NCBI GenBank assembly: GCA_964581935.1
Contig: CAZORN010000002.1
Span: 1-56,907, forward strand
Source of the DNA: an uncultured Victivallales bacterium
GTDB lineage: Bacteria; Verrucomicrobiota; Lentisphaeria; Victivallales; UBA1829
Direction of reading: 5' to 3'
Length of the DNA stretch: 56,907 bases
How positions within the stretch are numbered: the stretch's first letter is position 1; each line of letters starts with the position of its first letter. The translations under genes and the position numbers were made by a program. Under the pieces are notes generated by a model. The model ran no database searches, had not been told where the DNA came from, and saw only the letters and a list, made by a program, of their open reading frames with translations. Below, piece after piece: positions 26,641 through 36,767 of the stretch.

Positions 26641-29600
26641 GGGCCGGTTGAAACATCCGCCGCCGTCCGAGGCCAGCGTGAGGGCGCTGGTGACCTTTCC
26701 CGGGACATTGGCATTCGGGACAAAAAGACCGAAGCCGAATACCGTGCTCTTCCGCAGCTGGATCGGCAGCAGAAATTTCGCGGGGAAGAAGACCCGGTAA
26801 GTCAACACGCCGTTTCGATTCGAGAAAGAACACGGAATGTCCGCAGCCACCGTGTTATCCGGGGGCGCCTGGGTCGCCAGCCCGAGCTGCTGTTCCACCG
26901 AACGGTTGCGGAAGACCAGTGCGGAATCTCCTTTCGCATTCGGGAAGAGGGCGTAATCGTAGTCATTTTCGTCGTATCCGTTCCGTTTGGAACGGGCGTC
27001 GGCCATGGAATCGATGTAAATCTGCAGACAGTCGTTGTTCCAGCGTTCGCTTGTTTTCGGATATTCGGTATGCACGAATTCAGAATCCTTTACCGTTACC
27101 TCGAGGAAAAGCCCGTTCCGGTTCCAGGCCATACGGAAGAACCCGGAGGTTTCTTTTGCCATGTAATTCCGGGAAAAGGCGATCGAAGGGATTTTCTCCC
27201 ATTGGATGTTTGAGAATGAAGTTTCACCGTCGATTCTTTTCGCTTCGAAAGCCTCGAACGGGAGGTTGTATTCATATTCAGCTCCAGAATCGGCGCGAAG
27301 ACGGAAACTCAGCGGTTCGGGCGTAACCGCATTGTCTTTGAGGGGCGCGGGAAGGGGAAGGATGACCGTCGCCGTCCCGGATCCGGGAACTTTCACCTGC
27401 GTTTTTCCGATGAAACCTTTGAAGTCGCTCGAGAGGAAATTCCGGAACGTGATTTGAGCTTCGCGTCCACTCAGCGGATTGACGATCACTTCCAGAGGGG
27501 AAACGCCTTCCCCGGAAACGATCACCGCTTTTTCGAGCGCGGAAACCATTTTTGTCAATGTTCCGGGTTTTCCGCGCAGAAAAATCGGGAAGGAAGAAAC
27601 CGGGAATCGGAATTTTCCCGCGGTGAACTTGCGGGGTGAATTCATCAAATCGAAAATACCCTCGAGCGAATCGCCGAAATCCGCCTCGGCCACGGGAGCG
27701 TCGGAGCGTCCGTCGTCCACTTTGTCCAGATAGCACCAGATGGCGGCGACCGGGCGTTTCAGTTCATCCTCGAACACATAGGCGCGGATGAACGGCGCAA
27801 AGCGGATGTCCTTTTGGAAACGCGAATTGCCCAGCAGAATTCCCAGCGTATTCGGAACCAGCTGAGCCGCGTAAGGAGTGAGCATCACGTCCATTGCAAA
27901 GTTGTTGTAGGTGTTCCCCGCAGTCGCGGTCACGATCCGGTCGGAATATTTGAGCGCAACCAGATACGCCCGTGCATACCAGGCGGCGCTGACTTTTTCG
28001 GTCCATCCCATATCATAGCTCAGCAGCGACCCCGGCCAGGTGCGAGGCACCCCGCTCCATGTGGACGGATCCACGTCCCATTGCGGGATACGGAATGGGC
28101 CCCAGTGCATCATTTCCGGCCACGACACCGGGGTTTTTCCGTAGCCATGCCTGTCGAGCATGTTGAAAAGCGTCTGCGTATCGGCATCGAGGTCGGGCGA
28201 TTCCGGGCTTTGACGGTAGGGATGGATCGCAATCATATCGAATTTCACACCGAACTGATTGCATTCCTTCAGCAGACGGTCGGTTTCGGCGATGCCGCCC
28301 TCGGGACGCATATTGCAGGGATCATCCTGGAATATTTTTGCATTCGGATTCCCTTCGCGCACGCCCTCGGCAAAAGCCTTCAGCAATTGAGCGTGAATTT
28401 TCGCACATTCTTCCTCCGAGCCGTTCGCACTCCACCATTCGGGAGGAAATTTGGCGATGAATTCTCCGGCCAGCCCCCACATCGGAACATGCGGATATTT
28501 GGCGGCAACGGTCTCGACCGCATTTTTGAATTTTTTCAGATATTCCGGGGTGATCTTTCCATTGGAATCGAAATGAAAATCGCGCACCAGCAGTCTCTTG
28601 TCGCCGGCAAGGACAAAGGATTCCGTTGCTTCCGCGTCCAGAATGCCGAACCCGACCAGCTTCCGGTTTTCATCGCGGAGCCAGCTCATCATGAAAGCGC
28701 TCAAGGGCGTTATTCCATAATTTTTTTCAATGTCCCAGACCTCTTTGCGGAAAGTGTGATGATGTGCTTTCATACCGATCCCGGTTTTTTTCCAGCGTTC
28801 AAGACAGCGGAAAAAATCATAGAATAATTCCGGGTTTCCATAGTCCGCGGAAAAAAGATTCTTGAGACGGTGTTTGTTTTCCAGAAATTCCACCTTTGAA
28901 TAGCGGTGGAAATCGTATGCCTTCGTGCCGTCTCCGAGCGCATAGTCGGCCCGCAGCATGAATACGCCGAGTCCCGGAAGATCCTCCAGCGGCAAGGCAA
29001 TCTCCGCCGTTCCTTTTTCATCGGTATTAAAGTCGAACTTCCGGTTGAGGAGTTCCTCTCCGAAAAAATTTTTTACCCGGATATTCGCCGTTCCCGGCAT
29101 ATTTTTCTTTTCCGTGACGATCGCGAGGCGTCCGTCAATCCGATTTTTTGCGGAAACGAAATTGTCCGGGTCGGAAGTCCGGAGCCATCCTTCGACGGGC
29201 TTCGGCTCGAATGCGGTAGCCTGACCACCGCGCTCGAGTTGAAGTGCGTCGACCCAGACCCGGGTCTCCTTGCCAGATGGACTCCAGACGTTGAAGTGCA
29301 TTTCCAAAGGCATGCCCTGCTTCACGTCGAAGGAGAAGGAATACCGTTTCCACTCCGGTGAAACGGTAAATCTCCCGACCGCTTCCTGACTGAGCGCCGC
29401 GTAAAGACTGCCGGAATGAAAATTCGGTATCCATGCATTGAGTTCCGCCGTTGCGCCCGCTTCGCATTTCGCATGCAGGCTTGCGGTGTATTTTCCCGGC
29501 GGAACCACCGCAACGGAAGTCGTCAGGTTGACGCCCCCCCGGAGACGCCGGTAATCGGTATCTTTCACTGTACGAGCATCCATTTTCAGCGAATGACTGC

Positions 29601-30585
29601 CGGAAAAAGACTCCTTCGCATCGAGCGCGAAAGGAGTCCAGTTCCACTGTCCGTCATGATTGGGATGTCTTACCCGGTATCCTTCGAGCCCGCGCTCGAA
29701 GGACGGATTGACGAAAAGGTTTTTCCCGGAACCGTCGGACAGTTCAATGTTTTCGATTGCCTTGAAGTCCACCCCTCCGCGGAGATCCGCCGACGTGCGC
29801 GCGGGCGGAGACTCGCGCAGATCGATAAAAAAGGCGCCCTCTCCGTTGTTGGCTTTGCTGAACTGCCAGGTCAGCCTGAAATGCTTATTGCCCGGATAAG
29901 GGAGCAGAGCCGTCGCATGGACATCCTGTTTGGAAGAATAAACCGAAAACATTTTGCCCGGATCATCGGCATAAAGCCGATATGCGAAGTTTTTCGAACG
30001 ATAATCCTGTTCAGGGCATTTCCCGTTGAGGTTCAGCACATATTCCGTTCCGTTGTAGACGATTTTACTTCCATCCGAGGGATCGGCCGGGAGGATTATC
30101 CACGCGTATTCCGCCCGCAGTTCCCAATCCGCGCTGGGCGATTTGTAAATCCGGGCGGAAAACTTCAACAGGCCTTCCGGAGTTATTTCCAGAGACTGGT
30201 CCGCCGCCTTCCAGACGGCTTGCGGAGTTTTTTTCATCAGAGTCCAGACGAATTTATTCCCGTCGCGTTTCACCGAACAGAGCGGTTCGGTGAAAGAACC
30301 CCAATCGATATTGCCGTTCTTCAGATTTTTAAGGGTATAGTAACAATACACCTCGGCCAGCAGCTTGCCGTCGGAGGAGATCCGGATTTTGCCGTCCGGA
30401 GTCATTTCAACCCGTTTGTTTCCGCAGACGATCGCCTCTCCTTCGATTTTCGGGACGGCCGGTTCCGTTTTCACGGCCACTTCTTCTTTTTTTTCTTTCC
30501 ACGCTTTTCCTGGAGCGATTTCCGGAGCCGCAAACACGGTCAGCGGCAGAACGGCCGACAAGACGAGACGGAATTTCCACTTCAT
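26608..30585 (-). CDS. exported 1325-aa multidomain glycan-active protein (CBM4/9-like module, TIM-barrel GH-like core, C-terminal CBM9-like module)
   Basis: It has a signal peptide (MKWKFRLVLSAVLPLTVFAAPE). NLFVNPSFERGLEGYRV...HSLKM...VWVDALQLERG resembles CBM_4_9. The central region looks like a GH TIM barrel. The C-terminus (WEKIPSIAF...FRMAWNRNGLFLEVTVKDSEFVH...NDCLQIYID) resembles CBM9. The specific activity is not assignable. Confidence 0.88.
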   Translation of the reverse strand: MKWKFRLVLSAVLPLTVFAAPEIAPGKAWKEKKEEVAVKTEPAVPKIEGEAIVCGNKRVEMTPDGKIRISSDGKLLAEVYCYYTLKNLKNGNIDWGSFTEPLCSVKRDGNKFVWTLMKKTPQAVWKAADQSLEITPEGLLKFSARIYKSPSADWELRAEYAWIILPADPSDGSKIVYNGTEYVLNLNGKCPEQDYRSKNFAYRLYADDPGKMFSVYSSKQDVHATALLPYPGNKHFRLTWQFSKANNGEGAFFIDLRESPPARTSADLRGGVDFKAIENIELSDGSGKNLFVNPSFERGLEGYRVRHPNHDGQWNWTPFALDAKESFSGSHSLKMDARTVKDTDYRRLRGGVNLTTSVAVVPPGKYTASLHAKCEAGATAELNAWIPNFHSGSLYAALSQEAVGRFTVSPEWKRYSFSFDVKQGMPLEMHFNVWSPSGKETRVWVDALQLERGGQATAFEPKPVEGWLRTSDPDNFVSAKNRIDGRLAIVTEKKNMPGTANIRVKNFFGEELLNRKFDFNTDEKGTAEIALPLEDLPGLGVFMLRADYALGDGTKAYDFHRYSKVEFLENKHRLKNLFSADYGNPELFYDFFRCLERWKKTGIGMKAHHHTFRKEVWDIEKNYGITPLSAFMMSWLRDENRKLVGFGILDAEATESFVLAGDKRLLVRDFHFDSNGKITPEYLKKFKNAVETVAAKYPHVPMWGLAGEFIAKFPPEWWSANGSEEECAKIHAQLLKAFAEGVREGNPNAKIFQDDPCNMRPEGGIAETDRLLKECNQFGVKFDMIAIHPYRQSPESPDLDADTQTLFNMLDRHGYGKTPVSWPEMMHWGPFRIPQWDVDPSTWSGVPRTWPGSLLSYDMGWTEKVSAAWYARAYLVALKYSDRIVTATAGNTYNNFAMDVMLTPYAAQLVPNTLGILLGNSRFQKDIRFAPFIRAYVFEDELKRPVAAIWCYLDKVDDGRSDAPVAEADFGDSLEGIFDLMNSPRKFTAGKFRFPVSSFPIFLRGKPGTLTKMVSALEKAVIVSGEGVSPLEVIVNPLSGREAQITFRNFLSSDFKGFIGKTQVKVPGSGTATVILPLPAPLKDNAVTPEPLSFRLRADSGAEYEYNLPFEAFEAKRIDGETSFSNIQWEKIPSIAFSRNYMAKETSGFFRMAWNRNGLFLEVTVKDSEFVHTEYPKTSERWNNDCLQIYIDSMADARSKRNGYDENDYDYALFPNAKGDSALVFRNRSVEQQLGLATQAPPDNTVAADIPCSFSNRNGVLTYRVFFPAKFLLPIQLRKSTVFGFGLFVPNANVPGKVTSALTLASDGGGCFNRPHVWPAVLLIE

Positions 30586-30604
30586 CGTTCAAATCCTTTC
30601 CTGT

Positions 30605-31411
30605 TCAATCATGATAAAGCGCATTGTAGTTTCTGGTCACGGCGGCGGATGTTTCCGGCCGGAGCATGAAAACTTCAAAACGCAGCTTTGTATAATAAAC
30701 GGATTCTACGTGCCCGTCGGAAAACAGCAGGTTCATCGAACCGTTATGCACGTCCGTGGCAAGCTTCCTCTGGATGGCGGAGGTGGACGGATTCACTTTG
30801 CAGGTCATCTGAAGGGCACGCAGGAGCATGTGCTGGGCCAAATTGACATCCTCGACTTCCATACATCCCATGACGGCAAATCTCGACGCGTCCCGGATGT
30901 GGGTGTTTTTGATGCCGTCGGTGCCATAAGCGTACCCGGAGGAGAAGGTTTGAAGGCTTCCGCCGCCGGAATACCAGCTCGGTTTGATCGAATTGATCAT
31001 ATAGGGAGGCATATTGTCTTCCGATGAAACGGTCCCGTAATATGCTTCCGGTCTGGCTTCCGAGCATACAAGGCTCAAACGCCATCTTCCGTTTTCATAG
31101 GTGCGGTAAGGCAGATATTTTCCATCCTTGAGCCGGACATGCCAGAGCAGGAGATTGTAGTCCGTGCTGTTTCCCGGGTTCTTGCAGTAAAACCAGTTTT
31201 CCCTGTTGTCGTCCACATACTGCTGAAATGCAATGCCGTATTGTTTCTGATTGGACTGGCATCCGGCGCGCCGCGCCGACGCCCGCGCCTTCTGCAGCGA
31301 CGGCAGGAGCATCGCCGCCAGAATGGCAATGATCGCAATCACAACCAGGAGTTCGATCAATGTGAAAAGAACCAAACGCTTTTTTCCCGGCAAGCACAGC
31401 AGTGTTTTCAT
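30605..31411 (-). CDS. prepilin-type N-terminal domain protein with H-X9-DG motif (pseudopilin-like), copy 2
   Basis: Start at ATG 31411 after GAGGAGG. N-terminus [58 protein letters not shown]-terminal [14 protein letters not shown] is H-X9-DG. It lies 19 nt upstream of the 1325-aa gene. Confidence 0.9.
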   Translation of the reverse strand: MKTLLCLPGKKRLVLFTLIELLVVIAIIAILAAMLLPSLQKARASARRAGCQSNQKQYGIAFQQYVDDNRENWFYCKNPGNSTDYNLLLWHVRLKDGKYLPYRTYENGRWRLSLVCSEARPEAYYGTVSSEDNMPPYMINSIKPSWYSGGGSLQTFSSGYAYGTDGIKNTHIRDASRFAVMGCMEVEDVNLAQHMLLRALQMTCKVNPSTSAIQRKLATDVHNGSMNLLFSDGHVESVYYTKLRFEVFMLRPETSAAVTRNYNALYHD

Positions 31412-31424
31412 TGATCTATCCTCC

Positions 31425-32240
31425 TCAGATTTCAAGATCTCCATAAGTTTCAATCCATTCCTTCATCATGCCGACGGTTTCAAGTCCCACATCCGCGCAG
31501 CAGTTCGAACAGACGATCACTCCGTCCAGGTCTTTGTTTTTCAGGCCTTCGAGATAATAGTCGAGCTGCGTTTTCATGAGCCCGGAATCCAACGGTTTGG
31601 ACTCGCCGTAATTCCAGAGGTAGCATCCGGCCATTACGGGCGCTGCCGGAATCATGGCCTTGAATTTTTTCAAATTTTCCGGAAAAGCCGGAAGATCGCA
31701 GGCCTTCCATGTCCAGAGCGTGAAAACGTCGAACAGCTCAAGATACTCGAAAATCGGCAGTCCCAGCTGATACGTGTAGACCACCAGATGGAAATTCAAC
31801 CGGCGGGAAGGAAAATTATGGAGTTTTTCCCGCATGATCTTCACATTTTCAGTGCTGTGCCTCGCCACATTTCCGCAGGTTTCAAATCCTTCGACGGAAG
31901 CAAAGAAATCGTCGAGAATCGCTCCCGAAACATTGGGAAAAAGCTCTGCCTGACGCAGTACTTCCGGAAGATCCCCCAATCCTTCATTGCACCGTTCCAC
32001 GCTTCCCGCACCGACTGCCGACCAGACAACTTCCGGAAGATGGCGCAGTTTTTCGCTTTCAGCGTCGAACGGCGGAAAAGGGCCGGCTTTCATGCAGACC
32101 CGGTAACATTTCCGGATTCCGAAGAAATCGCATCCCGCGGCGGAATCCATCTTGTTCACTCCGGGAAGCCGGTAATGGCCCGACGCATGATGCGAGCCCG
32201 GATTCTGCCCCCACAACCAGAGTTTATCACGAAGTTTCAT
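31425..32240 (-). CDS. hypothetical cytoplasmic protein
   Basis: A 271-aa ORF tightly packed in the operon, 13 nt before pseudopilin copy 2. No family recognised. Confidence 0.75.
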   Translation of the reverse strand: MKLRDKLWLWGQNPGSHHASGHYRLPGVNKMDSAAGCDFFGIRKCYRVCMKAGPFPPFDAESEKLRHLPEVVWSAVGAGSVERCNEGLGDLPEVLRQAELFPNVSGAILDDFFASVEGFETCGNVARHSTENVKIMREKLHNFPSRRLNFHLVVYTYQLGLPIFEYLELFDVFTLWTWKACDLPAFPENLKKFKAMIPAAPVMAGCYLWNYGESKPLDSGLMKTQLDYYLEGLKNKDLDGVIVCSNCCADVGLETVGMMKEWIETYGDLEI

Positions 32241-32284
32241 CCTGAAATCCCTGTCCTTTGTGTTTGTTTGAAAAATCCTGTTTT

Positions 32285-32770
32285 TTATGAATGAGAAAGT
32301 TTCAGGTAATAGGTAACGGATTCCTTATGTTCCCGGAATCCGGCGCGTTCGTATGCCCTGCGGGCAGGAGCGTGAGCCTCGTCCAGCCCTGTCGTCACCT
32401 GGGCCAGACGCATTCCCTCGGAACGGAAGCGTTCCAGCACGGCGGCATACATTTCCTGTCCGACGCCTTTTTCTCCGGAATCGGGATCCGCCGCGTTGTT
32501 CGAAATGACTCCCACCCCGATGTTCCGGTTAAAACCGAACGTGATGAACCCGACGATTTTTCCATTGCGCTCCGCCACATAGCAGAAATCCGGGTAGGCG
32601 TTTACGTGATTTCGTATCTGGGCCGCCTTGCTCTCAAAGGAGTTCCGGCAGAGGATGGAAAAAATTTCTTCCCCCAGCCGTTCACGGAACCCTTCGTAAA
32701 TTTTCGCATACGCGCGGTTCGCGATGTCTACAAGAGTTTCATAGTCGCTTTCGATGTATTTCCGGATCAT
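32285..32770 (-). CDS. GNAT family N-acetyltransferase
   Basis: The acetyl-CoA motif is GEKGVGQEMYAAVLERF and the C-terminus is ARRAYERAGF. Confidence 0.85.
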   Translation of the reverse strand: MIRKYIESDYETLVDIANRAYAKIYEGFRERLGEEIFSILCRNSFESKAAQIRNHVNAYPDFCYVAERNGKIVGFITFGFNRNIGVGVISNNAADPDSGEKGVGQEMYAAVLERFRSEGMRLAQVTTGLDEAHAPARRAYERAGFREHKESVTYYLKLSHS

Positions 32771-33891
32771 TTTCTGCCTCCGTCTTTCCCGGTCAATTTT
32801 GTACCTTTTGCCAGAGGGCCTGGTTCAGATTCACATGAGCCGCAATATCTCGTGACGGTATCCCCGGGGATGAATTCAAAAGCGACGGCTTCCCTGAAGG
32901 TGTCCGGAGCGTTCCTCTGGAGCAGCTGCGAAAAGAGCCACCGTGTGGAGAGTTCCTTCAGAGATTTGTTGTAGTCGATGAAGGCCGGACGTCGTCCGCC
33001 GAAAAACACCGGCGAGGATTCGCCGTAAACCACGCAAGAAAGATCTTCGGGAATCCGGATTCCGCAATCGCTCAGAATACCCGTGACGGCGGGGATGACC
33101 ACTGAGGAGCAATAGATCAGAGAAAACTTCTTCCGGAAGTCGGAACGGGCGGCAAGCCGGGGCAGATCCTTGATCTGGCAAATGCCGCTCCGGTCGATTG
33201 TCCGGGAGTTTTCCGGAGCGCCCCGCAGTCCTTTCAAGCATTGGTAATACGTGCTTCCGGGCTGAAAATGAACGTCGAGAGAATTGTCCGCCGTCACGAA
33301 AAGCACCTTCGAGTGCCCATACTGCTTCATGCAATCCTGCAGAACGTCTCCGACGGCTTCCGGGGAAATCGTGATATTGTCGAACTCATCCTGTTCTCTC
33401 GGATAGGAAAGAGTCAACAGGGGAATGCCCGCTTCCCGGAGAGCCTTCCAGTAATCCAGCGGAAAGGTGTTGGTTGTCTGCCAGATAACGGCGTCCAGGT
33501 AACGGCATTGCTCGACCATCCGCTCTGTCCGGCCGGAATCGGGCACAAACAGAATTTCCGGATGGATTCCGCATATCTGGCAGGCCGAAAAAACCGTGGG
33601 AGAAAATTGATCGGCCGCGCATTCCCCGGATCCGACCAGCATGCCGGCCGCCTGGAATTTCAAGGACGAAGGGAACTCCGGATTCACAAAAGTCCCCATC
33701 CCGCGCCGGGAGAAAAGGAGTCGGTCGGACAGCAGGGCCTTCAGTGCGCCGCGCACCGTCACACGGCTGACGCCGAACATTGCGGCGAGTTCGTTTTCCG
33801 AAGGAATCTTGATGCATTCCCCACGATTCTTCATCGCAAAATTATAAAGGTAACTTCTTACTTTGATATATTCCGGAAGCGGATTCAGCAT
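32767..33891 (-). CDS. GntR-type HTH regulator fused to a periplasmic-binding-protein (LacI-like) sugar-sensor domain
   Basis: The N-terminal IPSENELAAMFGVSRVTVRGALKALLSDRLLFSRRGMGTFV is a GntR winged helix. The remaining ~300 aa resemble the PBP type-1 fold. The stop overlaps the GNAT start by 4 nt. Confidence 0.85.
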   Translation of the reverse strand: MLNPLPEYIKVRSYLYNFAMKNRGECIKIPSENELAAMFGVSRVTVRGALKALLSDRLLFSRRGMGTFVNPEFPSSLKFQAAGMLVGSGECAADQFSPTVFSACQICGIHPEILFVPDSGRTERMVEQCRYLDAVIWQTTNTFPLDYWKALREAGIPLLTLSYPREQDEFDNITISPEAVGDVLQDCMKQYGHSKVLFVTADNSLDVHFQPGSTYYQCLKGLRGAPENSRTIDRSGICQIKDLPRLAARSDFRKKFSLIYCSSVVIPAVTGILSDCGIRIPEDLSCVVYGESSPVFFGGRRPAFIDYNKSLKELSTRWLFSQLLQRNAPDTFREAVAFEFIPGDTVTRYCGSCESEPGPLAKGTKLTGKDGGRK

Positions 33892-33905
33892 GATTCATTA
33901 CTCCA

Positions 33906-33966
33906 TTGACAATACAACATAAACAAGTTGTGAGATAATGATACAACATAAACAAGCAATTGTCAA
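33906..33966. promoter_or_regulatory. promoter/operator region of the GntR-led operon with a 16-bp perfect direct repeat
   Basis: ATACAACATAAACAAG occurs at 33912-33927 and 33941-33956. On the minus strand, TTGACA (33961-33966), a 17-nt spacer, then TATCAT (33938-33943). One repeat copy lies in the spacer and the other in the 5' UTR. A plus-strand TTGACA lies at 33906-33911. Confidence 0.4.
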
Positions 33967-34177
33967 GGAGAGGATTGAAAAAATAATATTTATTGTTTAT
34001 TCCTATTGCTGCCAACCGGTTATGACGGATTGTCAGGCGGAGGCCGTCGGAGGAAAGAAGAGAATTCTGCCTGCCGACAAGGGAGGCGGCCTCCCTCTGA
34101 AGGGGAATTTATGCGGCTGTGGGTCCATCAGGTGTTCTTGCCGCAGAGTATGGTCCACCACGATTTCCGGTACACTC

Positions 34178-34947
34178 TCATATTACCTTCAGAATTTTGA
34201 CCGTCTCCTGAATCGAACCGAAACAGAGATCGATGAGACCCCCTTCATCCGTCACATGCAGCATGGAGAATCCGGCTCCGGGATAATATCGGCTGAGGTG
34301 AGTTATTTTTCCCTGAAAGTCTTTCCGCAGCGGCAATTTCAATGCTTTCTCTTGCATGATTGTGCCGACGGCAGACTTATACCCGCTCCGTATCGAAGCA
34401 TGAATATGGGCAGTCAGGACAATTGCATTCCTTGCCGCCGGCAAGTCCAGAAGCTCTGTTTCCGCGGGACCCCGGTATTCGTGGAGCCATACACGATCCA
34501 GGCCGCATTCGCGACTCGCTTGCCGGAAGAACGGACAGGGCCATCAGAAAAAAGACATGCCGTGTCTTCGGCCATTTCCTTCAAAATGCTGCGATAACGC
34601 TCTGGATTTTTCTGCCCGAGGATCGAAAGCAGTTCAAAGAGCTCAATGCCGTATGCGATGTTCTTCCACCGGTCCGTCCGCATGGGGATAAAGCAGATGG
34701 GTGTTTCCGTTGGTGTCCGCCCGACTCCCCCGGCAGTTCTGGAGACAGAACCGGCATCCGCCGGTGGTGCGCAAGGAACTTCTTTCCGGCAGGGTCAGGT
34801 CGAGAACTCTGCATTGCAGTGAACGGTGATGGAGCCCGTAAGGTTCATCGGCGGATCGGATGACGGATTGCACAGCACGAATTGACGACAGATGCGGGCC
34901 TTGCGCAGGACTCGGATGTCCTCATTTCCGGCGGGTGGAAATGACAT
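34178..34947 (-). pseudogene. disrupted gene of unknown family (in-frame TGA plus one frameshift)
   Basis: The frame from ATG 34947 stays open to 34417 except for a single TGA at 34795-34797 (MSFPPAGNEDIRVLRKARICRQF...HCNAEFST*PCRKEVPC...MRTDRWKNIAYGIELFELLSILGQ...). A second frame carries protein-like sequence from about 34543 to the stop at 34178 (...LHEYRGPAETELLDLPAARNAIVLTAHIHAS...). The two overlap around the GGGGTCCC run at 34462-34475. Confidence 0.45.
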
Positions 34948-34971
34948 CAATCGAAGTAAAAGCGGGATGAT

Positions 34972-35008
34972 GCGGAAGGACGGATGAAAATGGGATCCGT
35001 CCTTCCGC
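34972..35008 (-). terminator. hairpin terminator candidate downstream of the thioredoxin-like gene
   Basis: A 13-bp perfect stem: GCGGAAGGACGGA (34972-34984) pairs with TCCGTCCTTCCGC (34996-35008), with an 11-nt loop. It starts 6 nt after the stop. The downstream U-tract is weak. Confidence 0.55.
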
Positions 35009-35014
35009 AGATGT

Positions 35015-35461
35015 TTATTTATTCAGTGCCGCTTTGATGTAAGAAACATATTCTTCCGGAGTATAATTTTTGTAATCAAGGCGGGCCAATACCTTGCCGT
35101 CGCCGTTCAAAAGCAGAATGGTGGGAAATCCTTCAACGCCGTACTTGCGCATCAGAGCCTCATTCGCTTTTCTCTGGGCAGGCATCTGGACCTTGTTTTC
35201 CGGGAAGTCGACTTCGACCAGAACCAGATTGTCCTTCGCATAATCCAGAAACGCCTTTTTCGTCAGGACGTTTTCTTTCAGCCGGATGCACCAGCCGCAC
35301 CAGTCCGATCCGGTGAAGTCGACGAACATGACCTTATTGGTCTTTTTCGCCAGCTCTTTCGCGGCGTTGAAGTCTGTGGTCCATGCGGACTCCTGAGCAT
35401 TCACGGTCACAAATCCGGCAAGGACGATCACGGCAAATAACGTTGCAAACCACTTTATCAT
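35015..35461 (-). CDS. exported thioredoxin-fold protein
   Basis: It has a signal peptide. FVDFTGSDWCGWCIRL carries the WCxxC redox motif. GFPTILLL is the typical cis-Pro region. Confidence 0.85.
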   Translation of the reverse strand: MIKWFATLFAVIVLAGFVTVNAQESAWTTDFNAAKELAKKTNKVMFVDFTGSDWCGWCIRLKENVLTKKAFLDYAKDNLVLVEVDFPENKVQMPAQRKANEALMRKYGVEGFPTILLLNGDGKVLARLDYKNYTPEEYVSYIKAALNK

Positions 35462-35620
35462 TGAAACAACTCCTTCTTTGAGAAATCATACACTTTTTCG
35501 AGTCCCTTGGTTTCTGAGACAATTCAGAAAGGAAAAGGTTTCAAGACACGAAAAAAAATCGGTGTTTTTTCAAGGGACGGGTGTTTTATTTCTTTCCTCA
35601 ATCCGGGGAAGCCGGAAGCG

Positions 35621-36574
35621 TTATTCCGGGAAACGGACCTTCAGAGTGCCTTCGGAAATGATGGCGTCTTCCCCGCAGAGGAAAGAAAGGGAACGGGCGC
35701 AATGTCCGAAGGCAAGCCCGGAGTAAACCGGAATGGAATTTTCTTCCGCCAGCCGCACGGCAAGCGAGTGAATCTCTTCCGGCGGAGAACATTTTCTGAA
35801 GTTGGCGAAAATCACGGCGGCGCAGCCGCTGAAAACACCGTTCAACTGAAGTTGCGTCAAGGCGCGGTCCAGTTTCCGGACCGGTTCGGCGATGTCTTCC
35901 AGAATCAGGATCCGGTTCTCCATGGAAGGAAGATACGGGGTTCCGCAAAGCGATGAAAGCACCGTCAGGTTGGCGCAGACGAGGGGCGCGGAAACCGCCT
36001 CTTTTTCCGGAGCGGCCGCAGTCAGTCGAGCCGTTTTACGGAACGGACAATGTCTCCTGTCCTTTGCAAACGTCAACGAAAAAACGCGCCGCAGGGAACG
36101 GGCCGTGAAGGGGTTCCGCAAATCGCTTTCCAGCGTGGCGGCCATGCGGGTTGAGAGGGGAATTCCCGCTTTTCTTGCGAGCATGCCCATGTGAAGCGCC
36201 GTGATATCGCTGTATCCCGCCACCGGTAGACGGCGCGCCCGGAGGGTGTCCCAGTCTATGCCGCCGAGTAGATGGACCGAACCGAAACCGCCCCGCAGAC
36301 AGAGGATCAAATCCGTTGAGGAATTGCGGATGAATGAGTTCAGGTCGGCGATACGTTCTCCGGCGGGACCGGAAAGGTAGGAACATCCCTTTTCTCCGGA
36401 AACGGACTTCGGAAGAAGAACTTTCAGTCCCATGGATTTCAGAAAGGATGCCGCATGAAAAAAGGTTTCCGGATCGACCGGCCCGGCGGGAGCCGCCAGC
36501 GCAACCGTACGAACCGTTTCCGGAAAGAGAGATTCCGGATGAACTTCGGAAATGGGGTGTGTCGGCATCTTCAT
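35621..36574 (-). CDS. LD-carboxypeptidase (peptidase S66)
   Basis: GYSDITALH holds the nucleophile Ser. LILEDIAEP and GLAFGHC hold the Glu and His of the triad. ERIADLNSF...LILCLRGGFG is typical of S66. Confidence 0.85.
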   Translation of the reverse strand: MKMPTHPISEVHPESLFPETVRTVALAAPAGPVDPETFFHAASFLKSMGLKVLLPKSVSGEKGCSYLSGPAGERIADLNSFIRNSSTDLILCLRGGFGSVHLLGGIDWDTLRARRLPVAGYSDITALHMGMLARKAGIPLSTRMAATLESDLRNPFTARSLRRVFSLTFAKDRRHCPFRKTARLTAAAPEKEAVSAPLVCANLTVLSSLCGTPYLPSMENRILILEDIAEPVRKLDRALTQLQLNGVFSGCAAVIFANFRKCSPPEEIHSLAVRLAEENSIPVYSGLAFGHCARSLSFLCGEDAIISEGTLKVRFPE

Positions 36575-36767
36575 CGGTAAGAAAAACCCCGTTTATGACA
36601 TTCCTGTTTGGGCGGAAGTAAAACGGAAATGGGCCAGAGGGATTGCAGGGAACTTCCCCGCGATGCTCTGACTTTCCCATTTAAATGCAAGTATTCCTGT
36701 TTCCAGGAAAATTCTGCTGAAGAAACCCGGAATCAGGAATACCATGGATCCGCGAAAGCGGAGCGCC

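Noticed and set aside
33938-34597. A 219-aa plus-strand ORF downstream of the plus-strand TTGACA at 33906, which could be the divergent partner of the GntR operon.
   Set aside because: The product is Cys/Arg-rich and not protein-like. The same DNA carries much more convincing protein-like sequence on the minus strand, namely the disrupted gene at 34178-34947.
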